Virus record (IMG/VR): IMGVR_UViG_3300005676_000004
Origin: a virus
Reading direction: 5' to 3' (one strand)
Length of the DNA stretch: 64,000 nucleotides
Positions 37,795-46,176 of this stretch are shown here, piece by piece (position 1 is the stretch's first letter; each line of letters begins with the position of its first letter). Made by a program: the position numbers and the translations under genes. The notes beneath the pieces are model-generated. The model ran no database searches and was not told the origin of the DNA. It saw only the letters and a program-made list of their open reading frames with translations.

Positions 37795-38631
37795 CCCATA
37801 CGAAGAGACTTCAGATTGTAACGGTATTACATTGCCCCAATATTGCTCAAAGTGGTATTGGGGCATATTTTCTTGTGGGACTTGTGAAGACGGTCTAATC
37901 CAGTACGTTGTAACACCTAAGTTGTCAGTGGAGATTGGTGTCGTCCCGACGAAGAAGAACTGTTTATTTAAGTCCTTCGCTACTTGGTCAAACAGGAAGT
38001 GATCAGACACTATGAATGAGCTGTCTTTAAGTGTGCTGTAAAATTCTGTTATTCCTGCGTAAATTCCTTCTGGGTTAAAGACGATAACTTCCCCACGCTT
38101 TGCCGTCTGCTTTACCGAGGAAATTACAGAATCTCGTATAGGACTGTTTACACATACTAGTATCTTTTTCTCATTATTACTTTGAGATTTCTCTACACGA
38201 AGCCGTCGAACGTGGTGGGTGACTGGCGAATCTATGAGTGTTATTGGTGCATCTATACCTTCCGCCGTTAACATACCCTTTGCACTTACAGAGGACACCG
38301 CATGGATAGTTGCCATAGTTGATATAGTCTTCAGAAGAGAGCTGCTGAGTGGAGAGTCTTCTTCGCTTATGCTCCGCAAATGGCCTTCTAACACGATGAC
38401 GTTAATCCCCATGTCTCGCATCATAATTGATACTAAGAGCTTTGTCTCCGAGTAGCCATATAGTATGCAATGTGTGATGGCTGGTAACGTTGAAATCTCA
38501 ACAAAGACTTCTGATACTCTCTTGTCTTGAAGGTCGACAAGGCGATAGTCTTTACCTCTACGCTCTAGTTCTTTAATAATTGGATAATACATTACATAAT
38601 CAATATGATCGTCTTGCACAAATAACGTCAT
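37768..38631 (-). CDS. Degenerate UDP-GlcNAc 2-epimerase (WecB)-like protein
   Basis: CILYGYSET (cf. VLVQGDT), VLEGHLRS (cf. HVEAGLRS), IHAVSS (cf. LHFAPT) and FIVSD (cf. LTDSGG). Confidence 0.55.
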   Translation of the reverse strand: MTLFVQDDHIDYVMYYPIIKELERRGKDYRLVDLQDKRVSEVFVEISTLPAITHCILYGYSETKLLVSIMMRDMGINVIVLEGHLRSISEEDSPLSSSLLKTISTMATIHAVSSVSAKGMLTAEGIDAPITLIDSPVTHHVRRLRVEKSQSNNEKKILVCVNSPIRDSVISSVKQTAKRGEVIVFNPEGIYAGITEFYSTLKDSSFIVSDHFLFDQVAKDLNKQFFFVGTTPISTDNLGVTTYWIRPSSQVPQENMPQYHFEQYWGNVIPLQSEVSSYGLTSLLKFL

Positions 38632-38646
38632 GAAATATCTCTCGTG

Positions 38647-39561
38647 TTAAACTCGTATAGGAATATCTTTTGCGATGGGTAAGCATGAAAATATATGAGC
38701 GAGGACGTCTACAGTCCATCCATTTCCTAACATCTTTCTAGCTTGTGTTTCGGATACTACCCCATCAAAATAAGTATCTGGAACAGTTTGTAATCTACAA
38801 TATTCTTTCAATGTGTAATATCTAAACGGTAACTTATTTCCAAAGGGATCGGTATACCTTCCAGGCGGCAGTGGGCTTAACACATTATCTTTGTCTACCG
38901 TTGTTAGGCAATTGCTTTTATCAGTATTGGTTGTGCGAACTTCTAGACATTGAACTAGTGGTATGTTTTTATTGTAGTCGTCTCGTACTCCACGTTCATT
39001 TATACGTCTTCCAACTATAACACCTTTATTCATTTTTGTCTCACTAGGTTCTAAAATATCTGATAATAAAATATTGCTATCGGGCGGTTGGCTTACTGAA
39101 AAATTAGTCCAATAGAGACGTTTTCTCTGCTGTGCCGACACTAAGGAGCTATTAATTTCAATTGGGGCGACACCTAGATAGTTGCTAATGATGTCTATGA
39201 ACTCTTGTTTCATGACAACATTTTCAAGTAACCAAAATGAAGGTTGGCATTCGCGAAGTATTCTGACAAACTCAAAGAAAAGGGCACTGCGATGGTCGTC
39301 AAAGTTCAATTGCTTTCCGGCGAACGAAAACCCTTGACATGGACTGCCGCCTATCAGCAGATCAATCTTAGGTAAATCTAGGGGGTTGATCGTTGTAACA
39401 TCACCGAGTTGCACGGTATCGGGAAAATGATGCTGAGTTAAACGTATGGCATGTCTATCAATTTCGCTAGCAAAATATGTGGAGTAGTTTATACCACTGC
39501 GCTGAAGTGCTAGCTGTCCACAACTCATTCCGTCAAATAAGCTCAGTACTGTTAAACCCAT
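38647..39561 (-). CDS. dcm: DNA (cytosine-5) methyltransferase
   Basis: LSLFDGM, SEID, GGSPCQ, LENV, RKRLYW and LGNGWTVDV. Confidence 0.93.
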   Translation of the reverse strand: MGLTVLSLFDGMSCGQLALQRSGINYSTYFASEIDRHAIRLTQHHFPDTVQLGDVTTINPLDLPKIDLLIGGSPCQGFSFAGKQLNFDDHRSALFFEFVRILRECQPSFWLLENVVMKQEFIDIISNYLGVAPIEINSSLVSAQQRKRLYWTNFSVSQPPDSNILLSDILEPSETKMNKGVIVGRRINERGVRDDYNKNIPLVQCLEVRTTNTDKSNCLTTVDKDNVLSPLPPGRYTDPFGNKLPFRYYTLKEYCRLQTVPDTYFDGVVSETQARKMLGNGWTVDVLAHIFSCLPIAKDIPIRV

Positions 39562-40105
39562 GGAGCACGTCCGTAATAAATTGATTTACATGTTCTTGTG
39601 GCATCTCGCCTAAATCTTTGTATGGAGCTGGAACTTGAACTGCTGTGTGGCCAACCTTTGCTAGCAATTTTCCTGCGTTGTCATTGTCACACATTACTAT
39701 GATGTGTTGAGGTAGTAACTTGAACCATCGTAGAGCATCCTTGTTCACAGTACTCGTTAACGTCGCAATCGCTGGATAGCCAGCATTGTGAATCTTTATG
39801 CAGTCAAAAATCCCTTCGGTCACAAACAGATATTTAGAATGAATATCGTATGTATTTACACCGTAGAAACCATAAGACTTCGGTGCTACTCTAGTAATGT
39901 AACGTTGTTTTTCTTCTATAATGTAATCTTGATGTTTCGGAGCTGGCCTCTGTTTCGTTCCAGAAGGATTGTATCGCTGATACCCCATAAGTTTACCAGA
40001 GAGGTTAAACAGTGGAAAGTATGCAACTGTATACTGATCATCAAAGAGTAAGTGTGTCGTGCGGTAATCTACACCACGCTCCCGCAAGTGGTCTATGAGT
40101 GTCAT
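39533..40105 (-). CDS. Stand-alone TOPRIM (primase-like) protein
   Basis: YFPLFNLSGKLMGYQ, LFVTEGIFD and CDNDNAG (DxD); no zinc-binding domain. Confidence 0.8.
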   Translation of the reverse strand: MTLIDHLRERGVDYRTTHLLFDDQYTVAYFPLFNLSGKLMGYQRYNPSGTKQRPAPKHQDYIIEEKQRYITRVAPKSYGFYGVNTYDIHSKYLFVTEGIFDCIKIHNAGYPAIATLTSTVNKDALRWFKLLPQHIIVMCDNDNAGKLLAKVGHTAVQVPAPYKDLGEMPQEHVNQFITDVLHGFNSTELI

Positions 40106-40140
40106 GGCTTTTCAAAACATAGTGTTGTGTCGGTTTAGAT

Positions 40141-40170
40141 GCAATATACGAAAAACTCATTAGTGAGTTA
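40141..40170 (-). promoter_or_regulatory. Promoter -7-type element with adjacent dyad
   Basis: Minus strand reads TTTTTCGTATATTGC; AACTCA-ttag-TGAGTT dyad at 40154-40169. Confidence 0.55.
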
Positions 40171-40225
40171 CACATTCCCGTAGAAGACTACAAGTCGTTA
40201 TATACCAACGACTTAACTGCATATC

Positions 40226-40552
40226 TTATTTAGTATCTGTCGCCGCTGTTACCATCTCACGTATTGCAAGCAACACCGAGTTGGAGTACTCCTTGGATAC
40301 ATACAGATGTATAGTGCTCTGTGTTGGGTCGGTTGAAGATACTATAACCTTCATTCCTGATGAAGCATCTGGATGGCCTTTATAGAGACAACTGCGCAGT
40401 TTTTTAGCAGTCAACATATCTCGTAATTGCTTTAGAAACGATTCCGGTATGCAAATGAGATCGTACTTGCCAGCGTGATGGTCCACGTATATACCAAATT
40501 GTTCTAGGTCAATAGCTTCACCTAAGAGATTTTTAAGTTTAATTGGTTTCAT
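40226..40552 (-). CDS. Hypothetical protein (candidate head-internal)
   Basis: N-terminus MKPIKLKNLLGE. Confidence 0.7.
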   Translation of the reverse strand: MKPIKLKNLLGEAIDLEQFGIYVDHHAGKYDLICIPESFLKQLRDMLTAKKLRSCLYKGHPDASSGMKVIVSSTDPTQSTIHLYVSKEYSNSVLLAIREMVTAATDTK

Positions 40553-41594
40553 GTTCGTCATCCTCATTAGCTGGTACATTTAGTGAAAATACCTTTCTAT
40601 ATTGATTGTAATTTGCCACAACCCACTTCATTACTTCATCAAGAGGACCCTTCTTTAATGTCTTCTTTCCACCTCGCACTATTGCATTATTTTCATCAAG
40701 CCAATCAATTGGTACAAAGTCTTTTGCCGTTGGAGATGAAAATACAGTCTGCATTTCACGATCTGCATAGTGATACATCGTGATGCCGCTTGCACGGAAC
40801 ATCACTGCCGAATATCCATACCTCCAGAACTTATCTGGCTCTTTTAAGAGATAATCCACCGTATATGCAAAGTGGTACTTATTCTTAGCGTCTTCTCCTG
40901 GAATCATGTCGTAGAAACCAGTAGACCAGCTTACAAACATAGGATCGCCGACTCCCCTCTTAAAGCCGCTTTTTATTATTTGATCCCGATTATCCTCTCC
41001 CGTAAAGTGTATCATCCACGTGTTTCTTTCAACTGTTGGATCAGTTAGCCAAAACCAAGATGGAAACACTGCATTTAACTCCGGAGGTTCTCCATCTTCA
41101 ACGGATTTAACTATAGCTTCTGCGAAATATCTCACCTCGTCAGCAGCATCATCTAATGTATCTATGTTGCCAGAATGCATTATGATTTCACGGAATATAT
41201 TCTCTTCAACGAATGTCCGTATCTCCTTAGGAATGTCTTTAGGCACTGCATTAGAGTTTTGCGCACTAAACCAGTACTCATAATACATTTCTTCTTCATT
41301 GCTGGCGATCAGTGTATCAGCTTCCTCAGAATCTTCATCCATATCTGGCTCGTCGTCTCGTAGTCTCTCAATCGCTAAGTCTCTAATCATACTTTGAAAC
41401 TCGTCAAAACCAGTTAGCTGGTCATATTCAAGCATCCATTTACCAACTGTGGTAAACGTGATAATAGCTTCCCATAAGCTAGCAATTTTCTCTTCATACG
41501 AATAGTTGAGAATACTACTAAGTTCTGCTACGTGTTTAGTAGTAAACTCGGTGATAATATTTTCTGCTATATTTTTAAGTTTTATGGGTTTCAT
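40539..41594 (-). CDS. Acidic protein with C-terminal ADP-ribosyltransferase-like motifs (candidate head-internal)
   Basis: N-terminus MKPIKLKNIAE; WMIHFT....DQIIKSGF, FAY and DREMQTVF. Confidence 0.6.
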   Translation of the reverse strand: MKPIKLKNIAENIITEFTTKHVAELSSILNYSYEEKIASLWEAIITFTTVGKWMLEYDQLTGFDEFQSMIRDLAIERLRDDEPDMDEDSEEADTLIASNEEEMYYEYWFSAQNSNAVPKDIPKEIRTFVEENIFREIIMHSGNIDTLDDAADEVRYFAEAIVKSVEDGEPPELNAVFPSWFWLTDPTVERNTWMIHFTGEDNRDQIIKSGFKRGVGDPMFVSWSTGFYDMIPGEDAKNKYHFAYTVDYLLKEPDKFWRYGYSAVMFRASGITMYHYADREMQTVFSSPTAKDFVPIDWLDENNAIVRGGKKTLKKGPLDEVMKWVVANYNQYRKVFSLNVPANEDDEHETN

Positions 41595-41606
41595 AGAGTT
41601 ACAGTG

Positions 41607-42776
41607 TTAAAACATGCGACACCCAATCGCAAGTACAGTTTTGTCAAAAAATTTAGAAATTTCCTTTATCTCTTCTTCTTTATATTTCATCTTCTTAAGA
41701 TTCTTCTCAACTGCCGATTGAAAAGCTACTGTGTAGTTCGGACCTTGTTTCTTCCGAATGGAAGCGGTCCAGATGATAGCTTGCATTTCATGAGGTGCCA
41801 TATTATGTTTCTTCGCTAGCTGTTGCGTTATCTTTGCAAGATACATGTACGTAGACTTTGAAGCTAAGGATTTTTCCTGCTCTGCCTTCGTCATGTGAGG
41901 GTAGAAGAACGCAACCATCCACGTATCTATCGTTACGGGCATCCATCCAGTATCATGGTATTTGAATGACGGGTCAAGTAGATTTAACGTAAACGATAGT
42001 ACTTTCTCGGCTGATATGAATGAATCAGATTTAATGGTGTGTGTCACGCTAAGATGTTTGGCAACTTCTCGAATAACGTCCGACTTAGAAAACACCCAAT
42101 TTTTTGACTTATACAATTTTAGTACATTGAGGAAATTTTTAAGGAATACGTTAATGAACAACGCTCCCGTGACAGCTCCTTGAACGCATTTTAGCTCCGA
42201 AAATTCACCAGATTTAATTCTGACTAGTGCCTCGGATGACGATAGTGAAAGTAGTTTATCTAGAAGTGCATGACTTTCTGGATTTTCTAAATCTTTCTTT
42301 ATTCCACAAAATACTTGAGATGCTAACCTAAGGTTACCTTCTAGCTTTTGTTTTGGTGAGAAGATTGCAAGCAATATCAAGAAGAGACAACCATCAGATT
42401 CCCCTAAAATTTCAAGGGCTGTCTTATTCATAGATGTATACCAATCCTTCGCCTCAAGTCCGACGTCTATCGCCTCGGTAATAGTCTTTAAAACTTTTTT
42501 ATCAATTGCCACGACAGTCCCACCCGCTTCCAAGTCTTTTATGCTAGTGGTGACGTCACCGCGTTTAGATGAAGCAGCGACGGAGCGCATTGATACTGGC
42601 TCATCTTCGTGTAGCGTATCTTCAACGAGAACATCTAGCTCACCGCCAAAGACATTTGCGACTCGTTCAATGTCCTGAAATGCATCTTTAGAGAGGGTAA
42701 ATCTAACCTTGTCTCCCGCTATCTCCGTATCAATGTCTTCTGACGTTATCTTACGTTTTACGGTTTGTCGTCTCAT
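41607..42776 (-). CDS. Helical protein with HhH-GPD/glycosylase-like phage family motifs
   Basis: AKDWY, LAIFSPKQKLEGNLRLA, EKVLSFTLNL, VTIDTWM and MAPHEMQAIIW. Confidence 0.6.
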   Translation of the reverse strand: MRRQTVKRKITSEDIDTEIAGDKVRFTLSKDAFQDIERVANVFGGELDVLVEDTLHEDEPVSMRSVAASSKRGDVTTSIKDLEAGGTVVAIDKKVLKTITEAIDVGLEAKDWYTSMNKTALEILGESDGCLFLILLAIFSPKQKLEGNLRLASQVFCGIKKDLENPESHALLDKLLSLSSSEALVRIKSGEFSELKCVQGAVTGALFINVFLKNFLNVLKLYKSKNWVFSKSDVIREVAKHLSVTHTIKSDSFISAEKVLSFTLNLLDPSFKYHDTGWMPVTIDTWMVAFFYPHMTKAEQEKSLASKSTYMYLAKITQQLAKKHNMAPHEMQAIIWTASIRKKQGPNYTVAFQSAVEKNLKKMKYKEEEIKEISKFFDKTVLAIGCRMF

Positions 42777-42803
42777 TCACGTATCCAAGTTTTTAAACAA
42801 TAT

Positions 42804-42838
42804 AAGGTTGATGACTATAAATATGTATCATCAACCTT
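42804..42838. terminator. 11-bp hairpin whose loop holds the TATTTATAG motif (minus strand 42823-42815)
   Basis: AAGGTTGATGA-ctataaatatgta-TCATCAACCTT. Confidence 0.65.
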
Positions 42839-42868
42839 TTAACTGTGTTTTTTCGTACGTGTAGATGT

Positions 42869-43711
42869 CTACGAGAGCATTAAAACCTTCACGACTATGG
42901 CTAGAATATTCAACAAGGGAACTATACAGTGGTTACCGATGAATAGCCATAGCAATAGTGCCATAAACGCAGGGAGTGAGACAGCTTTGTACAATATGAG
43001 TGCATCGTGCAGGGACGCCTCTCCAGGTAATAGCATAAGTTTACGAATAAACACCAACGCTACAGCTTGGACAGCTATGAGAGGTGTTATGCTTGGAATA
43101 ACTACGTATGGGATAATCATAATTGGTATTGAGAGCACGAGACCAACACTTGAGAGGGTGTAGAACATCCGAAACAGTCCAGATTGGTTCGGTCTACCAT
43201 CAACGGTAACATCTCCTCTGATAACTCGATGCGATGCCTCGTTCTCAACGAATATCAGTGCAACGTCAAGAGCCAACGCTGTGAATGACAAGAACGCCAA
43301 TGTGACGATTAACGGTGCAGCTACACTCCAAATGGAAAAGCCAAACATTATCGGCGTTAGCACCGAGACGCCAACCGTGAACAGTAACGAGTACAGATAT
43401 GCCGACTTCAGCGGTATCACCATGAGGAGTGCAGAGAATAACTCCTTTAGTTCTACTAAGCCGAACATCCTACACCTTTCAACTAGTTCTCGAAGTTTGT
43501 CTCCGAAAACCGTGGTGTATATTAGCATATCGTCGTCTGGGCGTTTCATTGTGTCGTGTTCAGCACGTCTATTATTCATGTGATGTTCTAGGAAATCCAT
43601 AATCCGCCAACCAGTCATAAAACCAAGGGCGGTAGTTAGCATATATGAGTCAACCCATGCTGTTATAAGAGTAATTGTCTGTATAACGAGGGTGAGACTC
43701 ACATAGTACAC
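42869..43711 (-). CDS. Multi-pass membrane protein
   Basis: Several long hydrophobic segments. Confidence 0.7.
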   Translation of the reverse strand: MYYVSLTLVIQTITLITAWVDSYMLTTALGFMTGWRIMDFLEHHMNNRRAEHDTMKRPDDDMLIYTTVFGDKLRELVERCRMFGLVELKELFSALLMVIPLKSAYLYSLLFTVGVSVLTPIMFGFSIWSVAAPLIVTLAFLSFTALALDVALIFVENEASHRVIRGDVTVDGRPNQSGLFRMFYTLSSVGLVLSIPIMIIPYVVIPSITPLIAVQAVALVFIRKLMLLPGEASLHDALILYKAVSLPAFMALLLWLFIGNHCIVPLLNILAIVVKVLMLS

Positions 43712-43770
43712 CTATTTTATATTGAAGCTACTGCATCTACGCGCAGACTATATCTATACATACAAATCAA

Positions 43771-44226
43771 TTATGGTAATTGATCTGGGTTTGATAGTCT
43801 TGATACTCTCAAACAAGTGGAATACGATGACGTTGGTGGGGTATTGTCATGTTCCATCACTGCATCCGTATGGTTGTAGTACGTGTAATCGAGATGAGAG
43901 ATTTCACCAGTTGGTGGATGTGGTAGCGGAAAGACTTTTATTGAACGTGCGATATACTTTTGTCTCATAGTCTTAGCAAACGCCAAGACGAAGATGGGCC
44001 ACATGAACCAACCGAAGGCAACACCTAGTATTGCCGACGTCATCACGTTCACAATTGGGTTTTCATTCGTGAAGATTTTACGCCGTTTCTCGTGACTCCG
44101 ATCTTTTTTAGGTATCGGAATGAGACAGATAAACGAGATAACTCCACTTATCCAGAAGTAAACTTTCCAACTAGTTAACAGTGCAATGAGTTCTATCATA
44201 TAATTTGTTTCCAGGTTTATTATCAA
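43771..44226 (-). CDS. Membrane protein
   Basis: Two hydrophobic segments. Confidence 0.65.
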   Translation of the reverse strand: MIINLETNYMIELIALLTSWKVYFWISGVISFICLIPIPKKDRSHEKRRKIFTNENPIVNVMTSAILGVAFGWFMWPIFVLAFAKTMRQKYIARSIKVFPLPHPPTGEISHLDYTYYNHTDAVMEHDNTPPTSSYSTCLRVSRLSNPDQLP

Positions 44227-44238
44227 GATGAAACGTTT

Positions 44239-44601
44239 TTAACTCTCACTTTCAAGGATAGACTGATCTAACTTCAAAAGTAGGTCTAGGTAGCGTGTGA
44301 CAATGCCACTGCAATATCCTAGTTGATACGAATTTTTAGTGATAATTTCGGTTAATATCTGTACTCTGTCTTCGTCGGTGCCTTCATTGAATTTCATTCG
44401 ATTTTCTATTTGTGGACATTTTACTGCATCATGTATCTCTATGATAAGTGACATGAGCATGTCCTTTAGGATGGAGTTCTGAGTAGCTAGATTTGTTTCA
44501 TGAAGTTTTGTAATTTTGTCTAGAATCTCGTTGGACTTTACCAATCTATGCGAGACTAGATTCTCTACTAGAGCGGTGTATGCTTCGTCAACTGTATTCA
44601 T
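44239..44601 (-). CDS. Hypothetical protein
   Basis: Fills the minus-strand gene block. Confidence 0.65.
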   Translation of the reverse strand: MNTVDEAYTALVENLVSHRLVKSNEILDKITKLHETNLATQNSILKDMLMSLIIEIHDAVKCPQIENRMKFNEGTDEDRVQILTEIITKNSYQLGYCSGIVTRYLDLLLKLDQSILESES

Positions 44602-44652
44602 TGTGAATCTTGAAGGTGTGTGCTTAAAATGTATAGTGGGTGGGTGAACGTA

Positions 44653-44844
44653 TTACCGCCACCCAACCATCTTTGAAATTGCAACGTGGTCAACATCTTT
44701 CCTCTTCTCATTCATGACGGAAGTGAAGTATTCCCACGTTTCCTCATCTGCGAAGAACGTGTCGCCCACTGGTGCAAACCTAACCAGCCGTAACATGTCT
44801 TCATACGAAGCATTGTCAATCCAGTTTTTCTGTTCAGTAGTCAT
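44653..44844 (-). CDS. Small conserved phage protein
   Basis: AAGGA RBS; WIDNASYEDMLRLVRFAPVG...SK.VGW. Confidence 0.7.
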   Translation of the reverse strand: MTTEQKNWIDNASYEDMLRLVRFAPVGDTFFADEETWEYFTSVMNEKRKDVDHVAISKMVGWR

Positions 44845-44882
44845 CTTGGTTTCCTTGTGATGAATTTGTAAAGAGTTTGCTG

Positions 44883-45284
44883 TCAGTCTAGCCGAGATTC
44901 TACATAGCACTCAATACCATGTTCGCGAAGTTCGCGGCAGACCGTAGTTGCAAACTTAACATTTCGTTCGTATGACTGTGATTGAGTCCACGTGCCTGCA
45001 CTCATAGATGCAGCCTTATTATATTCGGAATACCGAAAATGTCCTGTCTTTATGAGTTCCTTCGTTACACGCTTACGAGCGTCAGGAACTAAAACGTACC
45101 CGAAGCCACAGACACCTTCGGAGACGTACCACGCCTTATCTACTGGCGAATGATCATCCAATGGATTTGTGTGCTGTGCAACCATCATCGGAGTCGGTGT
45201 AATACTCTCAGCCTCACGAATTGCAACTCCGATTGCATTTAACAGAATTGCCTCAACGTCCATTGTCTGCTTCGGTGACTTCAT
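44883..45284 (-). CDS. Conserved phage hypothetical protein
   Basis: GAGGA RBS; EGVCGFGYV...SRLD. Confidence 0.7.
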   Translation of the reverse strand: MKSPKQTMDVEAILLNAIGVAIREAESITPTPMMVAQHTNPLDDHSPVDKAWYVSEGVCGFGYVLVPDARKRVTKELIKTGHFRYSEYNKAASMSAGTWTQSQSYERNVKFATTVCRELREHGIECYVESRLD

Positions 45285-45358
45285 ACTGTCCTCGTCCGCG
45301 TGATAGTGATTGTGTGTTTGTTTAACGCCACTAACTTACGTCTATTCTATACCACGGA

Positions 45359-45380
45359 CAATACGTAGTTCTACGTATAG
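45359..45380. promoter_or_regulatory. 22-bp palindromic operator (copy 2)
   Basis: Identical to 29742-29763; overlaps ATTG-N20-TAAGTT on the minus strand. Confidence 0.65.
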
Positions 45381-45391
45381 TAGACTCATGG

Positions 45392-45616
45392 TTATTGATT
45401 GCGGAAGAACTTCCCAATACGTGAAGCTAAAAACTTAAAGATGCTTACTGTCTCATCGGGTACTTCACGGCTAGTGTCTATGAAGTTCATTGGACGTATT
45501 TCGGTGTCTAGCTCATTAATGTTGTTTGCATTTTTGTCAAGTATAATCTGTGCAAGTTTCATACCTGCTCTTGACCATTGCCCCTCATCTTTTATTTCAT
45601 TGTTCATTAGGTTCAT
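45392..45616 (-). CDS. Hypothetical protein
   Basis: In the minus-strand block. Confidence 0.55.
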   Translation of the reverse strand: MNLMNNEIKDEGQWSRAGMKLAQIILDKNANNINELDTEIRPMNFIDTSREVPDETVSIFKFLASRIGKFFRNQ

Positions 45617-45950
45617 CCCATCTCGTCCATAAGTTGAAAATACGACTAAACTGACGTGTAATCATCTGTTCAATGACTAGATGATCAACAAGTACGATGT
45701 CGCCTGAATAAGATCGTGTAGGGTCGTCATAACGACCATCGTCGCTGAAATAAACTTCTATGCGAATGATGTTCTTAAACTTGTTGTCAATTAAACTTCG
45801 TACGTAATGTACTTGATTCAAATCATTCACGCGTATAATAACACGCCGACCTTCATTTTCAGATACAAGTCGTTCTGCTTCTCTGACCATTCTAGTTGTC
45901 CGTCCAGTTCGACGCTTTGCGTCAAACATACTTTTAAGGGTATCTGTCAT
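45597..45950 (-). CDS. Hypothetical protein with P-loop-like RRTGRTT
   Basis: RRTGRTTRM...VLVDH. Confidence 0.65.
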   Translation of the reverse strand: MTDTLKSMFDAKRRTGRTTRMVREAERLVSENEGRRVIIRVNDLNQVHYVRSLIDNKFKNIIRIEVYFSDDGRYDDPTRSYSGDIVLVDHLVIEQMITRQFSRIFNLWTRWDEPNEQ

Positions 45951-46176
45951 GTGTCACCATGTTGTGATTATATAATTGATGCGATCGTCCTAGTCCATTC
46001 GGGTAAAAATGATCATCTGCCATACCTTCGCCATGACCACGTTTAAGTGTCCATCCGAATTCATTATCAGCGTAACCATACCCAGTTTGATAGAATATCC
46101 CAGCACCTTCACCAGTACCGTTTCCTTCATCTATCAACGGAGTTAATTCGTTACTCAGTATGATTGGATCATTCAT
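45934..46176 (-). CDS. Gly-rich hypothetical protein
   Basis: GNGTGEGAG...GYG...GHGEG. Confidence 0.6.
   Translation of the reverse strand: MNDPIILSNELTPLIDEGNGTGEGAGIFYQTGYGYADNEFGWTLKRGHGEGMADDHFYPNGLGRSHQLYNHNMVTHDRYP

Noticed and set aside
45597-45950. Terminase or helicase from RRTGRTT
   Set aside because: Only 117 aa, the Walker A lacks Lys, and no other motifs are present.
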